55,219 nucleotides of DNA from a virus (Duplodnaviria > Caudoviricetes). The position numbers and the translations under genes were made by a program. The DNA lies in IMG/VR virus record IMGVR_UViG_3300022725_000123, positions 1 to 55,219 of that record; one strand, 5' to 3'. The notes under the pieces were generated by a model. The model was not told the DNA's origin. It saw only the letters and a list, made by a program, of their open reading frames with translations, and made no database searches. Below, in pieces: positions 46,654 to 55,065 of the stretch. Within the stretch, counting starts at the first letter, position 1, and every line of letters begins with the position of its first letter.

Positions 46654-46821
46654 ATGAAAAAGTCAGAGAAATTTAAACTTATATTATTTATCATACTAGT
46701 ATTAACAAGTTTGTTTATATTAATTAGACCTTGTAGTATTAAGCCTTTCTCTAACCATGATTGTTATTGTGAAGGATTTAAAAAAACTGCTGGTAAATAT
46801 CCAATAAGTTGTACACATTAA
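46654..46821 (+). CDS. small membrane protein with Cys-rich tail
   Basis: Likely start MKKSEKF; TM helix followed by C..C.C..C. Confidence 0.5.
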   Translation: MKKSEKFKLILFIILVLTSLFILIRPCSIKPFSNHDCYCEGFKKTAGKYPISCTH

Positions 46822-46849
46822 TTATTAATCGTAGAAAACAAAAGATACT

Positions 46850-47341
46850 ATGAAAAATCAAACAAGGAGACAAGCTTTAGAATGGTGGAGTAAATTACCT
46901 AAAGATACAAGACAACAAAGCAAATTAAATCTTTGTTGGATATATTTTGATATAGGTAGAAATCCTAGCTCCTTAACAGGTAGAGAAATTGAAAAGATTT
47001 GGAGAAAAGAACATCCTAATTTAATTAAAGATGCGGATGAGTTGTCTAATTTAATGGATGATACTTTTGAATCCAAACCTAATCAAAAACAATTTAAAGA
47101 ATTTAATCCTGAATTGTTTAAAGCTTATATTAATAAGTTTAGTGATAAAGATAAAGTAAAAGCTTTAAATATTCTTTTGTTACAAGACAATATAGGACTT
47201 CAAATAAATGCAGAAGTAAAAGATGGAGGTAAATATTCAGAAATGAGTATAGTAGAGATAATTCCTATGATTATTAAATATATAGATAATACTCTTATAG
47301 GTAAAACTATGGATAAAATTTATTGCTATTACAAAAAATAA
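46850..47341 (+). CDS. hypothetical early protein
   Basis: RQALEWW...SLTGREIEKIW domain. Confidence 0.6.
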   Translation: MKNQTRRQALEWWSKLPKDTRQQSKLNLCWIYFDIGRNPSSLTGREIEKIWRKEHPNLIKDADELSNLMDDTFESKPNQKQFKEFNPELFKAYINKFSDKDKVKALNILLLQDNIGLQINAEVKDGGKYSEMSIVEIIPMIIKYIDNTLIGKTMDKIYCYYKK

Positions 47342-47345
47342 CATT

Positions 47346-47559
47346 TAACTACCAACTAATTTATTTTATAAAATGAAAAGGGGCTACTAGACAGAATGAG
47401 TTAACCAACGTACAAATGTGTATGAGGTGCAATAGGTCTTGATTACCTGAATCTAAATATGATATTACTACAGTAATCAAAGATAAATAAGGGACTGTTG
47501 AAAATCCTAGAAACTAGACAGTTTGATATTTAGATAGTTTTATAAAAAGTTGGTAGTTA
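47346..47559 (-). ncRNA. putative structured RNA bounded by 12-bp inverted repeat
   Basis: TAACTACCAACT/AGTTGGTAGTTA, with inner ATCTAAATAT/ATATTTAGAT and TTGATTAC/GTAATCAA; strand inferred from the adjacent promoter. Confidence 0.4.
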
Positions 47560-47600
47560 TTTCTTTTCAACAAAGAAAAGAAAGTAGCAAAGAAAAGAAA
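47560..47600. other. intrastrand triplex-forming motif
   Basis: TTTCTTTTC-AAC-AAAGAAAAGAAA-GTAGC-AAAGAAAAGAAA. Confidence 0.6.
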
Positions 47601-47671
47601 TTTTATTCCTGTATACAATTGTTACTTTGTAACATTGCTTTACAAGATTAAAATCTTGAAAAGAATTTCAG

Positions 47672-47703
47672 CAAAGGTACAACATTTAAATATAAATGTC
47701 AAG
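47672..47703 (-). promoter_or_regulatory. Bacteroidota-type promoter, antisense to early genes
   Basis: Minus strand CTTG-N20-TACCTTTG; the spacer contains the palindrome ACATTTA-N4-TAAATGT. Confidence 0.6.
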
Positions 47704-47740
47704 TGCTTTTTGTAGAAAAAGGATGAAATACCCATATTAA

Positions 47741-47794
47741 TTAGTTAACGATAAGTTTGACTTAGTTAACGATGGGTATCAATTAGTTTATGTT
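47741..47794. repeat. 21-bp-phased direct repeats
   Basis: TTAGTTAACGAT at 47741 and 47762, degenerate TTAGTTTATGTT at 47783; the first two are flanked by ATACCCAT/ATGGGTAT. Confidence 0.6.
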
Positions 47795-47800
47795 AGATGG

Positions 47801-47857
47801 AAAAGAAGTGACATGATTTGGATGAATGATGGAAGGAGTCACTTCTTTTTTTTTTTT
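47801..47857 (+). terminator. terminator-like hairpin abutting tRNA-Arg
   Basis: AAAAGAAGTGAC/GTCACTTCTTTT stem with a long loop and a long T-run ending at the tRNA 5' end. Confidence 0.5.
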
Positions 47858-47931
47858 GGTCTTATAGCTCAATTGGATAGAGCCATTGTCTTCTAAGCAA
47901 TAGGTTTCAGGTTCGAGTCCTGATAAGATCA
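47858..47931 (+). tRNA. trnR: tRNA-Arg(TCT)
   Basis: Acceptor GGTCTTA/TAAGATC, D-arm GCTC..GAGC, anticodon arm ATTGT-CT-TCT-AA-GCAAT, T-arm TCAGG-TTCGAGT-CCTGA; no encoded CCA. Confidence 0.92.
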
Positions 47932-47958
47932 CTTGTATTAATTTAAATAAATAGTAAA

Positions 47959-48303
47959 ATGAAAAGAGTAAAAAATGAAGTTACTGGAAAGATGGAAACT
48001 CATTTCCAAGGGAGAATTACCAAAATTACTGATTTGGGGTTGTCCAATAGTAATGGTAAACCTTATTGTGTGTGTACTATCGAGTATGAAAACATAAAAG
48101 GTGAAAGTAAGAAATCTTCTGGTATTATTTACAGTAATTCTATGAATGCTGTAGATTTTCAAAATGGAGATGAATGTAATGTGAGAGCGCTTCCCCCTAA
48201 TGACAAAGGAGAAGTATTGCTTATTGCGGATCCTCTTTCAAGTATTCCACAACGTGCTACCGTTGAGGATTTTGAACTTGAAGAGGATACTGTAAAAGCT
48301 TAA
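47959..48303 (+). CDS. putative single-stranded DNA-binding (OB-fold) protein
   Basis: Beta-rich (FQGRITKI..NSNGKPY), acidic C-terminal tail, own terminator, upstream of the replication genes. Confidence 0.5.
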   Translation: MKRVKNEVTGKMETHFQGRITKITDLGLSNSNGKPYCVCTIEYENIKGESKKSSGIIYSNSMNAVDFQNGDECNVRALPPNDKGEVLLIADPLSSIPQRATVEDFELEEDTVKA

Positions 48304-48309
48304 TTAAAT

Positions 48310-48348
48310 AGTGTTGTCGGCAATAACTGTCGGCAACACTTTATTTTT
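48310..48348 (+). terminator. intrinsic terminator
   Basis: AGTGTTGTCGGCA-ATAAC-TGTCGGCAACACT followed by TTATTTTT. Confidence 0.75.
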
Positions 48349-48353
48349 CACAT

Positions 48354-48479
48354 ATGAAATTAAAATTGTTAGCAAGTATTGTTTTACTCTTAGGAATATT
48401 CGTAGTAACACAAGGAGATTTTCTTTTTGGATTACTTCTTATTTTTCTAAGCGTACAAAGTTTAATATTAATAGAATGA
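48354..48479 (+). CDS. 41-aa two-TM membrane peptide (not in ORF track)
   Basis: MKLKLLASIVLLLGIFVVTQGDFLFGLLLIFLSVQSLILIE. Confidence 0.5.
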   Translation: MKLKLLASIVLLLGIFVVTQGDFLFGLLLIFLSVQSLILIE

Positions 48480-48488
48480 AACTAAATA

Positions 48489-48797
48489 ATGGAACTAAAC
48501 AAAAAAAGCAGAAAAAATCTAAGATTTGATTTAATATCTATTTTAGAAATAGATCATAAGGTATTACGCTTTACTAAAGGTACCTATCTTCTTAATAATA
48601 AAATTATACAGTTTGAAGATGAACAACTTTGTAAATCTGAAAATTACGCAAAAGGTGTAGGTTATTTAACTGATGATGTTGGATGGATACCTAAAGGAAC
48701 TAGGGTTTATATTAAAAATAATGTTTTATTTTTTAATCATTATAGAATAAAATTAAAAAATAAACCTAAAATATTAACTCATGCGAATAACATTTGA
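48489..48797 (+). CDS. hypothetical protein
   Basis: ORF track; WIPKGT motif. Confidence 0.5.
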   Translation: MELNKKSRKNLRFDLISILEIDHKVLRFTKGTYLLNNKIIQFEDEQLCKSENYAKGVGYLTDDVGWIPKGTRVYIKNNVLFFNHYRIKLKNKPKILTHANNI

Positions 48798-50622
48798 TAA
48801 TGAGCTATATCCTAATTTTTTTTTAGCTGGGTTTAAACATTGGGATAAAGAAGAGTATGTCTTTTTTGAAATATCTGAAAGAAAAAATCAAAGTAAAGAT
48901 TTAATAAAATATCTTAAACAAAATTTAATATTGATATCATTTAATGGTATTCATTATGATAATCTTTTGTTTAATTACATAATCTTAAATAAATTTAAAC
49001 CCACAGACCAATTATTATCAGGTTTAGTAAAACTCAATAAAGCTATAATTAATGATGATTATTTTAATTATAAAAAATTTAAAAGAAAAAGATTTACTTC
49101 CATAGACGTAGATTTATTTTTATATTGGTCTAAAATGCTTAGATTGAGTAAAAAGATTTCTTTAAAAGGATTAATGGTACAATTAAACATGCCATTAATT
49201 CAAGAATTACCTTATGACCCTAATGAAATGTTGTCTTATGAACAAATGGATGAGGTTATTAAATACAATATAAATGATTTACAGGCTACAGAAAAATTAG
49301 CAAAAGCTAAAGAAAAAGAAATAAAATTAAGATTTGATATCCATAAACAAAAAGGGTTTCCGTGTCATTCATGGGATCAAATTAAATTAGCTTCAGAAGA
49401 ATTACTTCATTCTTATTGTGAAATAACAGGTGAGGATCCTAGACAAATACGACAATTAAGATTTGAAAAACCTATCATACGCATTAAAGATATTTTACCT
49501 CATTTTGATTTTAAAACAAGTGTGTTTAAATTATTATTACAAAAGTTACATACTTCTGTAAATACTTTTTCAGAGACAGTATATTTTAATTGTAATAAGA
49601 CTACTATTCTTTTAACTTATGGAATGGGAGGAATTCATTCAGTTAATAGGAATCAAAAATTTAAAACTGATAGTAATTATCAATTACTTACTTCAGATGT
49701 TGCTTCGTTATATCCAACAGTAATTGAAAATTATAAATTAATTAGATTTGTGGAAGTGTTAAAAAGATATTCCACAATTAAAAAAGAAAGACTTTTAGCT
49801 AAAAGCGGTAAATTAGAAGGTAAAGATAATAATCTGTATAATACTTTTTATAAATTAGTCTTAAATGGTGTATCAGGACTTTTAGATCAAGCTTATTCAT
49901 GGCTTTATTACCCAGAAGGAGCTATGAAATTACGATTAATGGGCCAATTAATCTTAACTAAACTAATTGAAGAAGCTTCATTAGCTAATTTTCAAGTAGT
50001 TAGTGCTAATACAGATGGTATTGAAGTATTAGTAGACAAAAATAGATTAGATGAGTATTATAAACTTGTTAATCAAGTAGAACAACAATTTAATGTTTTA
50101 TTTGAACACGAATTTTATGATAGAATTTATTATTGGTCGGTTAATGATTATTTAGCAGTAATTAAACAACCCAATGAAGTATTACCATTAGATAAACTCA
50201 ATATTAAACAAAAAGGTATGATGGTAACTAGTCCTGAATTAAGTAATTCGGTTGATAGTTTAATTATACCAAAAGCTTTAAATTATTATTTTATCTATGG
50301 AATACCAATAGAAGAAACAATAAAACAAGAAACAAACATTTATTTGTTTTGTAATGCACCTAAAGTAGACAAAAAGTTTACTGTGTGGTGGGGAGGAGAA
50401 AAACAACAAAGACTTAACAGATATTATGTATCTAAATCAGGTGAATATCTTTATAAGCAAAAGCCCAATGGTAATTTAGAAAATATGTTGAAAGGATATA
50501 CTATTCAACTTTTAAATGATAATCGGGAAAAAACTAAGTACGATATAAATTATCAATATTATATTCGTAAATGTAAAGAATTGATTGAAGATATAGAACC
50601 AAGTCAACTTAAATTATTTTAA
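48781..50622 (+). CDS. polB: DNA polymerase family B
   Basis: Exonuclease motifs FDNE, FNGIHYD and YNINDL; polymerase motifs SDVASLYP, YKLVLNGVSG and SANTDG. Confidence 0.9.
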   Translation: MRITFDNELYPNFFLAGFKHWDKEEYVFFEISERKNQSKDLIKYLKQNLILISFNGIHYDNLLFNYIILNKFKPTDQLLSGLVKLNKAIINDDYFNYKKFKRKRFTSIDVDLFLYWSKMLRLSKKISLKGLMVQLNMPLIQELPYDPNEMLSYEQMDEVIKYNINDLQATEKLAKAKEKEIKLRFDIHKQKGFPCHSWDQIKLASEELLHSYCEITGEDPRQIRQLRFEKPIIRIKDILPHFDFKTSVFKLLLQKLHTSVNTFSETVYFNCNKTTILLTYGMGGIHSVNRNQKFKTDSNYQLLTSDVASLYPTVIENYKLIRFVEVLKRYSTIKKERLLAKSGKLEGKDNNLYNTFYKLVLNGVSGLLDQAYSWLYYPEGAMKLRLMGQLILTKLIEEASLANFQVVSANTDGIEVLVDKNRLDEYYKLVNQVEQQFNVLFEHEFYDRIYYWSVNDYLAVIKQPNEVLPLDKLNIKQKGMMVTSPELSNSVDSLIIPKALNYYFIYGIPIEETIKQETNIYLFCNAPKVDKKFTVWWGGEKQQRLNRYYVSKSGEYLYKQKPNGNLENMLKGYTIQLLNDNREKTKYDINYQYYIRKCKELIEDIEPSQLKLF

Positions 50623-50637
50623 ACTAAATTATAAATT

Positions 50638-50862
50638 ATGAAAAACGAAAATGTAATTTCAGATTCGGGTGATGAAAACGAAAGTATTGTTGTTCAAAAA
50701 GTATTATTAGTATTGTCCATTTTCGTACCTTTCATGTTCATAAGGTATTCAGATATGGATATAGAAAAACGTAATGATTTACTTCATGTTCTTATATACA
50801 TATATGGGTTTATTTTTAACTTTTTCTTTACTTTGTATTGTATTTTAATTGTAATATTATGA
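50638..50862 (+). CDS. small membrane protein
   Basis: Two hydrophobic segments. Confidence 0.45.
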   Translation: MKNENVISDSGDENESIVVQKVLLVLSIFVPFMFIRYSDMDIEKRNDLLHVLIYIYGFIFNFFFTLYCILIVIL

Positions 50863-51923
50863 TACAAAGTGAATTACAAAGCAAAATCTCTAATTTAGAT
50901 GATACTCACGGACTTATTGAATTAGCTCCAAGAACGGGTAAAACTAAAATTGCTATTGACATTATTAAAAATGAAAAAGCAAGTAAAATTTTATGGGTTA
51001 CCCCATCATCTAAATTACGAGATGTTGATATTCCAAATGAATTTATTAAATGGAAAGCAAAAACATATTTAAAAAAAACTAAAATTATAACTTATGCGAG
51101 TTTAAAAAAAATAAAAGGTCATTATGATAAAATCATATTAGATGAATTTCAATATGTTACACCTAATAACTCTTTTAATTTACTAAATGGTAACTTAACA
51201 GCAAATTCCATTACTGGTCTTAGCGGAACACCTTCAAAACATGAAGAAAAAATAGAAATTTTAAGTAGTTTAAATTTAAAAACTATTTATAAAGTAGACA
51301 TTGATGAAGCTGTTGAACTTAATATACTACCTGAATATCAAATTAATGTAGTTAATTGTGTAACAGATGATACTGAAAAAAACATAGAAGTTAAAACTAA
51401 AAATGTTGAATTCAAAACAACAGAGCGTAAAAATTATGCTTTTATTGAAAGACGCATTAGAGCAGCAATGTTTAAACTTCAAAATGTTCCTAAATATTTT
51501 TATATTAATAGAATGCATGCTATTCATAATTCTTTTTCAAAATTAAAGACTACTCAATCTTTAATTAAAAATTTAAAAGGTAGAATTCTTGTATTTTGTC
51601 CTAATATTAAGGTATCGGAACAAATTTCAGAACACACTTATAATTCTAAAACATCAGATGAAAAGTTAAACAAATTTTTAAATGGTGAAATAGATTTACT
51701 AGCTTGTGTAAACAGTGGCGGTGTAGGATTTACGTTTAAAAATGTAGATCATTTTGTAATTATGCAAGCCAATCAAAATAAAAATGGTGATGTTACACAA
51801 AAAATAAGTAGAAGTTTACTTAAACAGGAAAATTACATTGCTAAATTACATATAATATGTTTAAAAGACACTCAGGACCAAAAATGGGTGGATGAAATCT
51901 TAAAAGACTTTAAAAATGCTTGA
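50859..51923 (+). CDS. superfamily 2 (DEAD/DEAH-like) helicase
   Basis: APRTGKT, ILDEFQ, GLSGT and QKISRSL motifs; likely start MIQSELQ at 50859. Confidence 0.85.
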   Translation: MIQSELQSKISNLDDTHGLIELAPRTGKTKIAIDIIKNEKASKILWVTPSSKLRDVDIPNEFIKWKAKTYLKKTKIITYASLKKIKGHYDKIILDEFQYVTPNNSFNLLNGNLTANSITGLSGTPSKHEEKIEILSSLNLKTIYKVDIDEAVELNILPEYQINVVNCVTDDTEKNIEVKTKNVEFKTTERKNYAFIERRIRAAMFKLQNVPKYFYINRMHAIHNSFSKLKTTQSLIKNLKGRILVFCPNIKVSEQISEHTYNSKTSDEKLNKFLNGEIDLLACVNSGGVGFTFKNVDHFVIMQANQNKNGDVTQKISRSLLKQENYIAKLHIICLKDTQDQKWVDEILKDFKNA

Positions 51924-52050
51924 AGAAAAACTTAAAAAGCTTAAAAACGTTGATAAAATGAATTTATACGATATTCAGTTTATTTTACTACTTGAATATT
52001 GTGAACTTTACTCTATTGAAGAAATTGAAAACTGTTTAGATCATGTATAA
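51916..52050 (+). CDS. 44-aa hypothetical protein (not in ORF track)
   Basis: MLEEKLKKLKNVDK...CLDHV; coupled to both neighbours. Confidence 0.45.
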   Translation: MLEEKLKKLKNVDKMNLYDIQFILLLEYCELYSIEEIENCLDHV

Positions 52051-52168
52051 AATATTTTTTACAAACACGAAAAAAGCAAAAGATTATTACCATAGGTTTT
52101 GTGCAGTTAATCACACAAAAACTGTACATTTAGGTAATATTAAAATAGTGTACTATGAAGATAACTAG
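52043..52168 (+). CDS. 41-aa hypothetical protein (not in ORF track)
   Basis: MYKIFFTNTKKAK...YYEDN; coupled to both neighbours. Confidence 0.4.
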   Translation: MYKIFFTNTKKAKDYYHRFCAVNHTKTVHLGNIKIVYYEDN

Positions 52169-52655
52169 TAACAACTTAAAGCAAGTCCTTCTTTTGTTAT
52201 GTCAGAAGGAGGACATTGCTTTAATGTTAAACGAATTAGAAAACGAGAAATGTATTGATTATGATTTTAATCTAACTGCAAAAGGAAGAAAAGAGTTAAA
52301 AGATGTTAAATTATTTACCATCAATGATTCAGATTTAGATCAATTAGTTGAAGAGTACAGAAATTGTTTTTTAGATGAAAATGGAAAACCTTTAAAACCC
52401 GGAGTTACTTCGTCTAGAATTTTAATTAAAACTAGACTTAAAGAATTTATTGATACTTATGATTATAGCCAAGAAGATATAATAAAAGCTGTTAGAAAGT
52501 ATATAAAATCTGAAAGGTCTTCAGGGTTTAGATATTTACAAAAAGCTCACTATACGATTAAAAAGAAGGTTGATGGGGTGTTTGAATCTAGGTTATTAAC
52601 ACATCTTGAAGAATTAGAAGACGGAGAAGATATAACATTTGGACATGAACTTTAA
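52155..52655 (+). CDS. putative replication initiator / helicase-loader-associated protein
   Basis: wHTH-like LTAKG followed by IIKAVRKYI...YLQKAHY.I; directly upstream of DnaB. Confidence 0.5.
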   Translation: MKITSNNLKQVLLLLCQKEDIALMLNELENEKCIDYDFNLTAKGRKELKDVKLFTINDSDLDQLVEEYRNCFLDENGKPLKPGVTSSRILIKTRLKEFIDTYDYSQEDIIKAVRKYIKSERSSGFRYLQKAHYTIKKKVDGVFESRLLTHLEELEDGEDITFGHEL

Positions 52656-53769
52656 ATCTTTTTACAATAGTTTAAAATTTTATCAAAACAATGATTACAA
52701 TTGTATACCATTACCATTTCCAAAATTAAGAAACTTTATTCCGGGTACCGCAAAAGGTACAAATATAATAGTTACTGCGAATTCCGGAGTTGGTAAAACT
52801 CAATTTACTAAATATTTATACGTTTATCATTCTTTTTTATGGTGTAGAGAAAATAAAGTACCTTTAAAGATAATGTATTTTGCTTTAGAAGAAACAAAAG
52901 AAGAATTTATAGCAGATGCTACTTGCTTTTTCTTAGATCACTTTTATGATATTGAAATAGATTCTAACAAATTATTATCTATGGATTCAAAAGTTTCAAA
53001 TTACATTTTAGAAAAAGTTGAAAGTTTGAGTTCATTAATTGATGAATTTTTAGAAAGTGTTGATATTCAAGATGATATAGCTAATCCAACAGGTATTTTA
53101 AAATATGTTGAAAATTACGCAGAAAATAATGGTACCATATACAAGAAGAAAATTAAAATTCAAAACGAAGAAAGAGTTGTTTTTGATAAGTACGAACCTT
53201 ATAAAAAAAGTTATGTCATTGTAATAACAGATCATATTGGTTTACTACAAGAAGAAAATGGCGAAACTCTTCATACCACAATAAGAAAGTTTTCTGGTAA
53301 TTATGGAAGACGTAAGATTTCCAAAAGGTATAATTATATAATGGTTTTGGTTCAACAACAATCTGCTAGCTCAGAAAGTAAACAATATAATAATGAAGGT
53401 GAGTTGAATTTAGCTAAATTAGAACCAACTTTATCTGATTTAGGTGATAATAAATACACTCAGAGAGATGCATTACTTGTTTGGGGATTGTTTGCACCAG
53501 AAAGGTATGAAATTCCTATGTATAGACATTGGAATATATTTAAATTACAAGATAATTATAGATCTATTCATGTTCTAAAAAATAGAAGAGGAAGATCTAA
53601 TATTAAAAGTTCCATGTATTTTAATGGTGCTACAAATAACTTTAAAGAATTACCTAAAATCGAAAGAATTAATGGTTCAAGATTTATCGATAAAATACCT
53701 GAAAATAAATGGTACGATAAATATTTTAAAAATAATAGATTTTGGCAACATAAGTTAAATTTCAATTAA
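52645..53769 (+). CDS. dnaB: DnaB-like replicative helicase
   Basis: Walker A TANSGVGKT, YFALEE, ITDHIGLL, VQQQ, RDA and KNRRG motifs; likely start ATG 52645. Confidence 0.88.
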   Translation: MNFKSFYNSLKFYQNNDYNCIPLPFPKLRNFIPGTAKGTNIIVTANSGVGKTQFTKYLYVYHSFLWCRENKVPLKIMYFALEETKEEFIADATCFFLDHFYDIEIDSNKLLSMDSKVSNYILEKVESLSSLIDEFLESVDIQDDIANPTGILKYVENYAENNGTIYKKKIKIQNEERVVFDKYEPYKKSYVIVITDHIGLLQEENGETLHTTIRKFSGNYGRRKISKRYNYIMVLVQQQSASSESKQYNNEGELNLAKLEPTLSDLGDNKYTQRDALLVWGLFAPERYEIPMYRHWNIFKLQDNYRSIHVLKNRRGRSNIKSSMYFNGATNNFKELPKIERINGSRFIDKIPENKWYDKYFKNNRFWQHKLNFN

Positions 53770-53968
53770 TTAGTGTATTTGTTAATAGCTATTATCTTAG
53801 AGCCTTTTGCCTACATTTTTTTTGAATTTAGCACTTTTGATTACGCTGTGTCGGATATAAGTGATTACTTTGAAGAATAAATATAAAACTGTAAAAAGTA
53901 AAAGAATTAAACAGACCATCATAGCGTATTAACTTTATACAATGTTGTACGCTTTTAAAATTACGGAT

Positions 53969-54142
53969 ATGACAACAGTAACTATTTTAAAATTTGAGCA
54001 AATAGGGCAAGAAGAATATAAGACTATCCCTTACACTAAAAAGTTTAGAAGTGATACAACGCTTTGGCAAATTTTAGAATGGATTAAAACCATTGACCCC
54101 AATAAGACAATAGCAGACGCTTATTTTAATGACCGAACGTAG
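53969..54142 (+). CDS. small hypothetical protein in cassette-like context
   Basis: MTTVTILKF...; flanked by GTTGTACGC and GCGCGCAAC. Confidence 0.5.
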   Translation: MTTVTILKFEQIGQEEYKTIPYTKKFRSDTTLWQILEWIKTIDPNKTIADAYFNDRT

Positions 54143-54206
54143 TAATTTTTATTGCGCGCAACTAGTAAATAACGCAAACAGAACTAAGACTTAAATAAAA
54201 TTAAAA

Positions 54207-55064
54207 ATGAAAATAGTAATATTAAGAAGACGTGGGTTAGGAAACACGTCTACTATAGGAATTAAAAGTAATTCCAATAACAATATTGAAATTACTAGAA
54301 ACGATAAAGAAATTCCTCAAGATACTGATTTATTGATTAGATGGGGGTGTACTTCACAATTTCCTTCAAAAAAAACTTTAAATAAAGCAGAGGGAATTAA
54401 AGCAATTAATAATAAATATCTATCTCGTAAAATATTACAAGAAGCAGGTGTTAGTGTTCCTAAATTATATGAAGATATTGAAGCTGTTGATACGTTTCCA
54501 GTAATAGTAAGACCTGAATATCATGCTCAAGGTAAAATATTGTATTACTGTAATAACCAAGGTGAATTGTTTGACGCTGAATATCACATAAGCAACTTAG
54601 GTAAAGACGTTTATATATCTGAATATATTAAAAAAGACAGAGAGTTTGGTGTATTTATATTTAATAATCGTATTTGGAGTGTAATTGAAAAAGTTCCTAA
54701 AATTGAAGGAGCAAATAATGAAATTGCTTGGAATGTAGCTCAAGGTACACATCGATTTCAAAATGTAAAATGGAGTGAATGGCCAATTGAAATATGTAAA
54801 GAAGCTTTAGATGCAGTTAAGTGTTTTAATATAGACTTTTGTAGAGTAGATATTATTGTAAAAGATAATAAACCTTACATATTAGAATTAAATTCAGCAC
54901 ATAGTCTTACTAGTAATTATAGACAAGAAGCATTTGCAAAATGCCTTGATTATTTTATTGAAAATGGTAGTGTTAAAAATGAATTAGAATTAGATAATCT
55001 CACTTCTTATAAAGGTTTAATACATCCTGCCTTACGAATAAATAAAAAACTTATAAATTTATAA
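54207..55064 (+). CDS. ATP-grasp (RimK-like) ligase
   Basis: IRWG, NNKY, GVSVP, FPVIVRP..H..G, SEYI..REF, VDI and ILELNSA motifs. Confidence 0.85.
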   Translation: MKIVILRRRGLGNTSTIGIKSNSNNNIEITRNDKEIPQDTDLLIRWGCTSQFPSKKTLNKAEGIKAINNKYLSRKILQEAGVSVPKLYEDIEAVDTFPVIVRPEYHAQGKILYYCNNQGELFDAEYHISNLGKDVYISEYIKKDREFGVFIFNNRIWSVIEKVPKIEGANNEIAWNVAQGTHRFQNVKWSEWPIEICKEALDAVKCFNIDFCRVDIIVKDNKPYILELNSAHSLTSNYRQEAFAKCLDYFIENGSVKNELELDNLTSYKGLIHPALRINKKLINL

Positions 55065-55065
55065 T

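Noticed and set aside
44488-46656. CRISPR array or mini-array
   Set aside because: The conserved parts are short inverted brackets pairing across variable, unequal-length interiors. There are no regular repeat-spacer units and no cas genes.
44488-47940. Known self-cleaving ribozymes (hammerhead, pistol, HDV-like theta after tRNAs)
   Set aside because: No CUGAnGA/GAAA hammerhead core or pistol consensus was found by eye, and the sequence 3' of both tRNAs is short and AT-rich. A covariance search would be needed to exclude them fully.
48311-48529. 72-aa ORF in the track
   Set aside because: It starts inside the terminator hairpin; the overlapping 48354-48479 membrane peptide is the more plausible gene.
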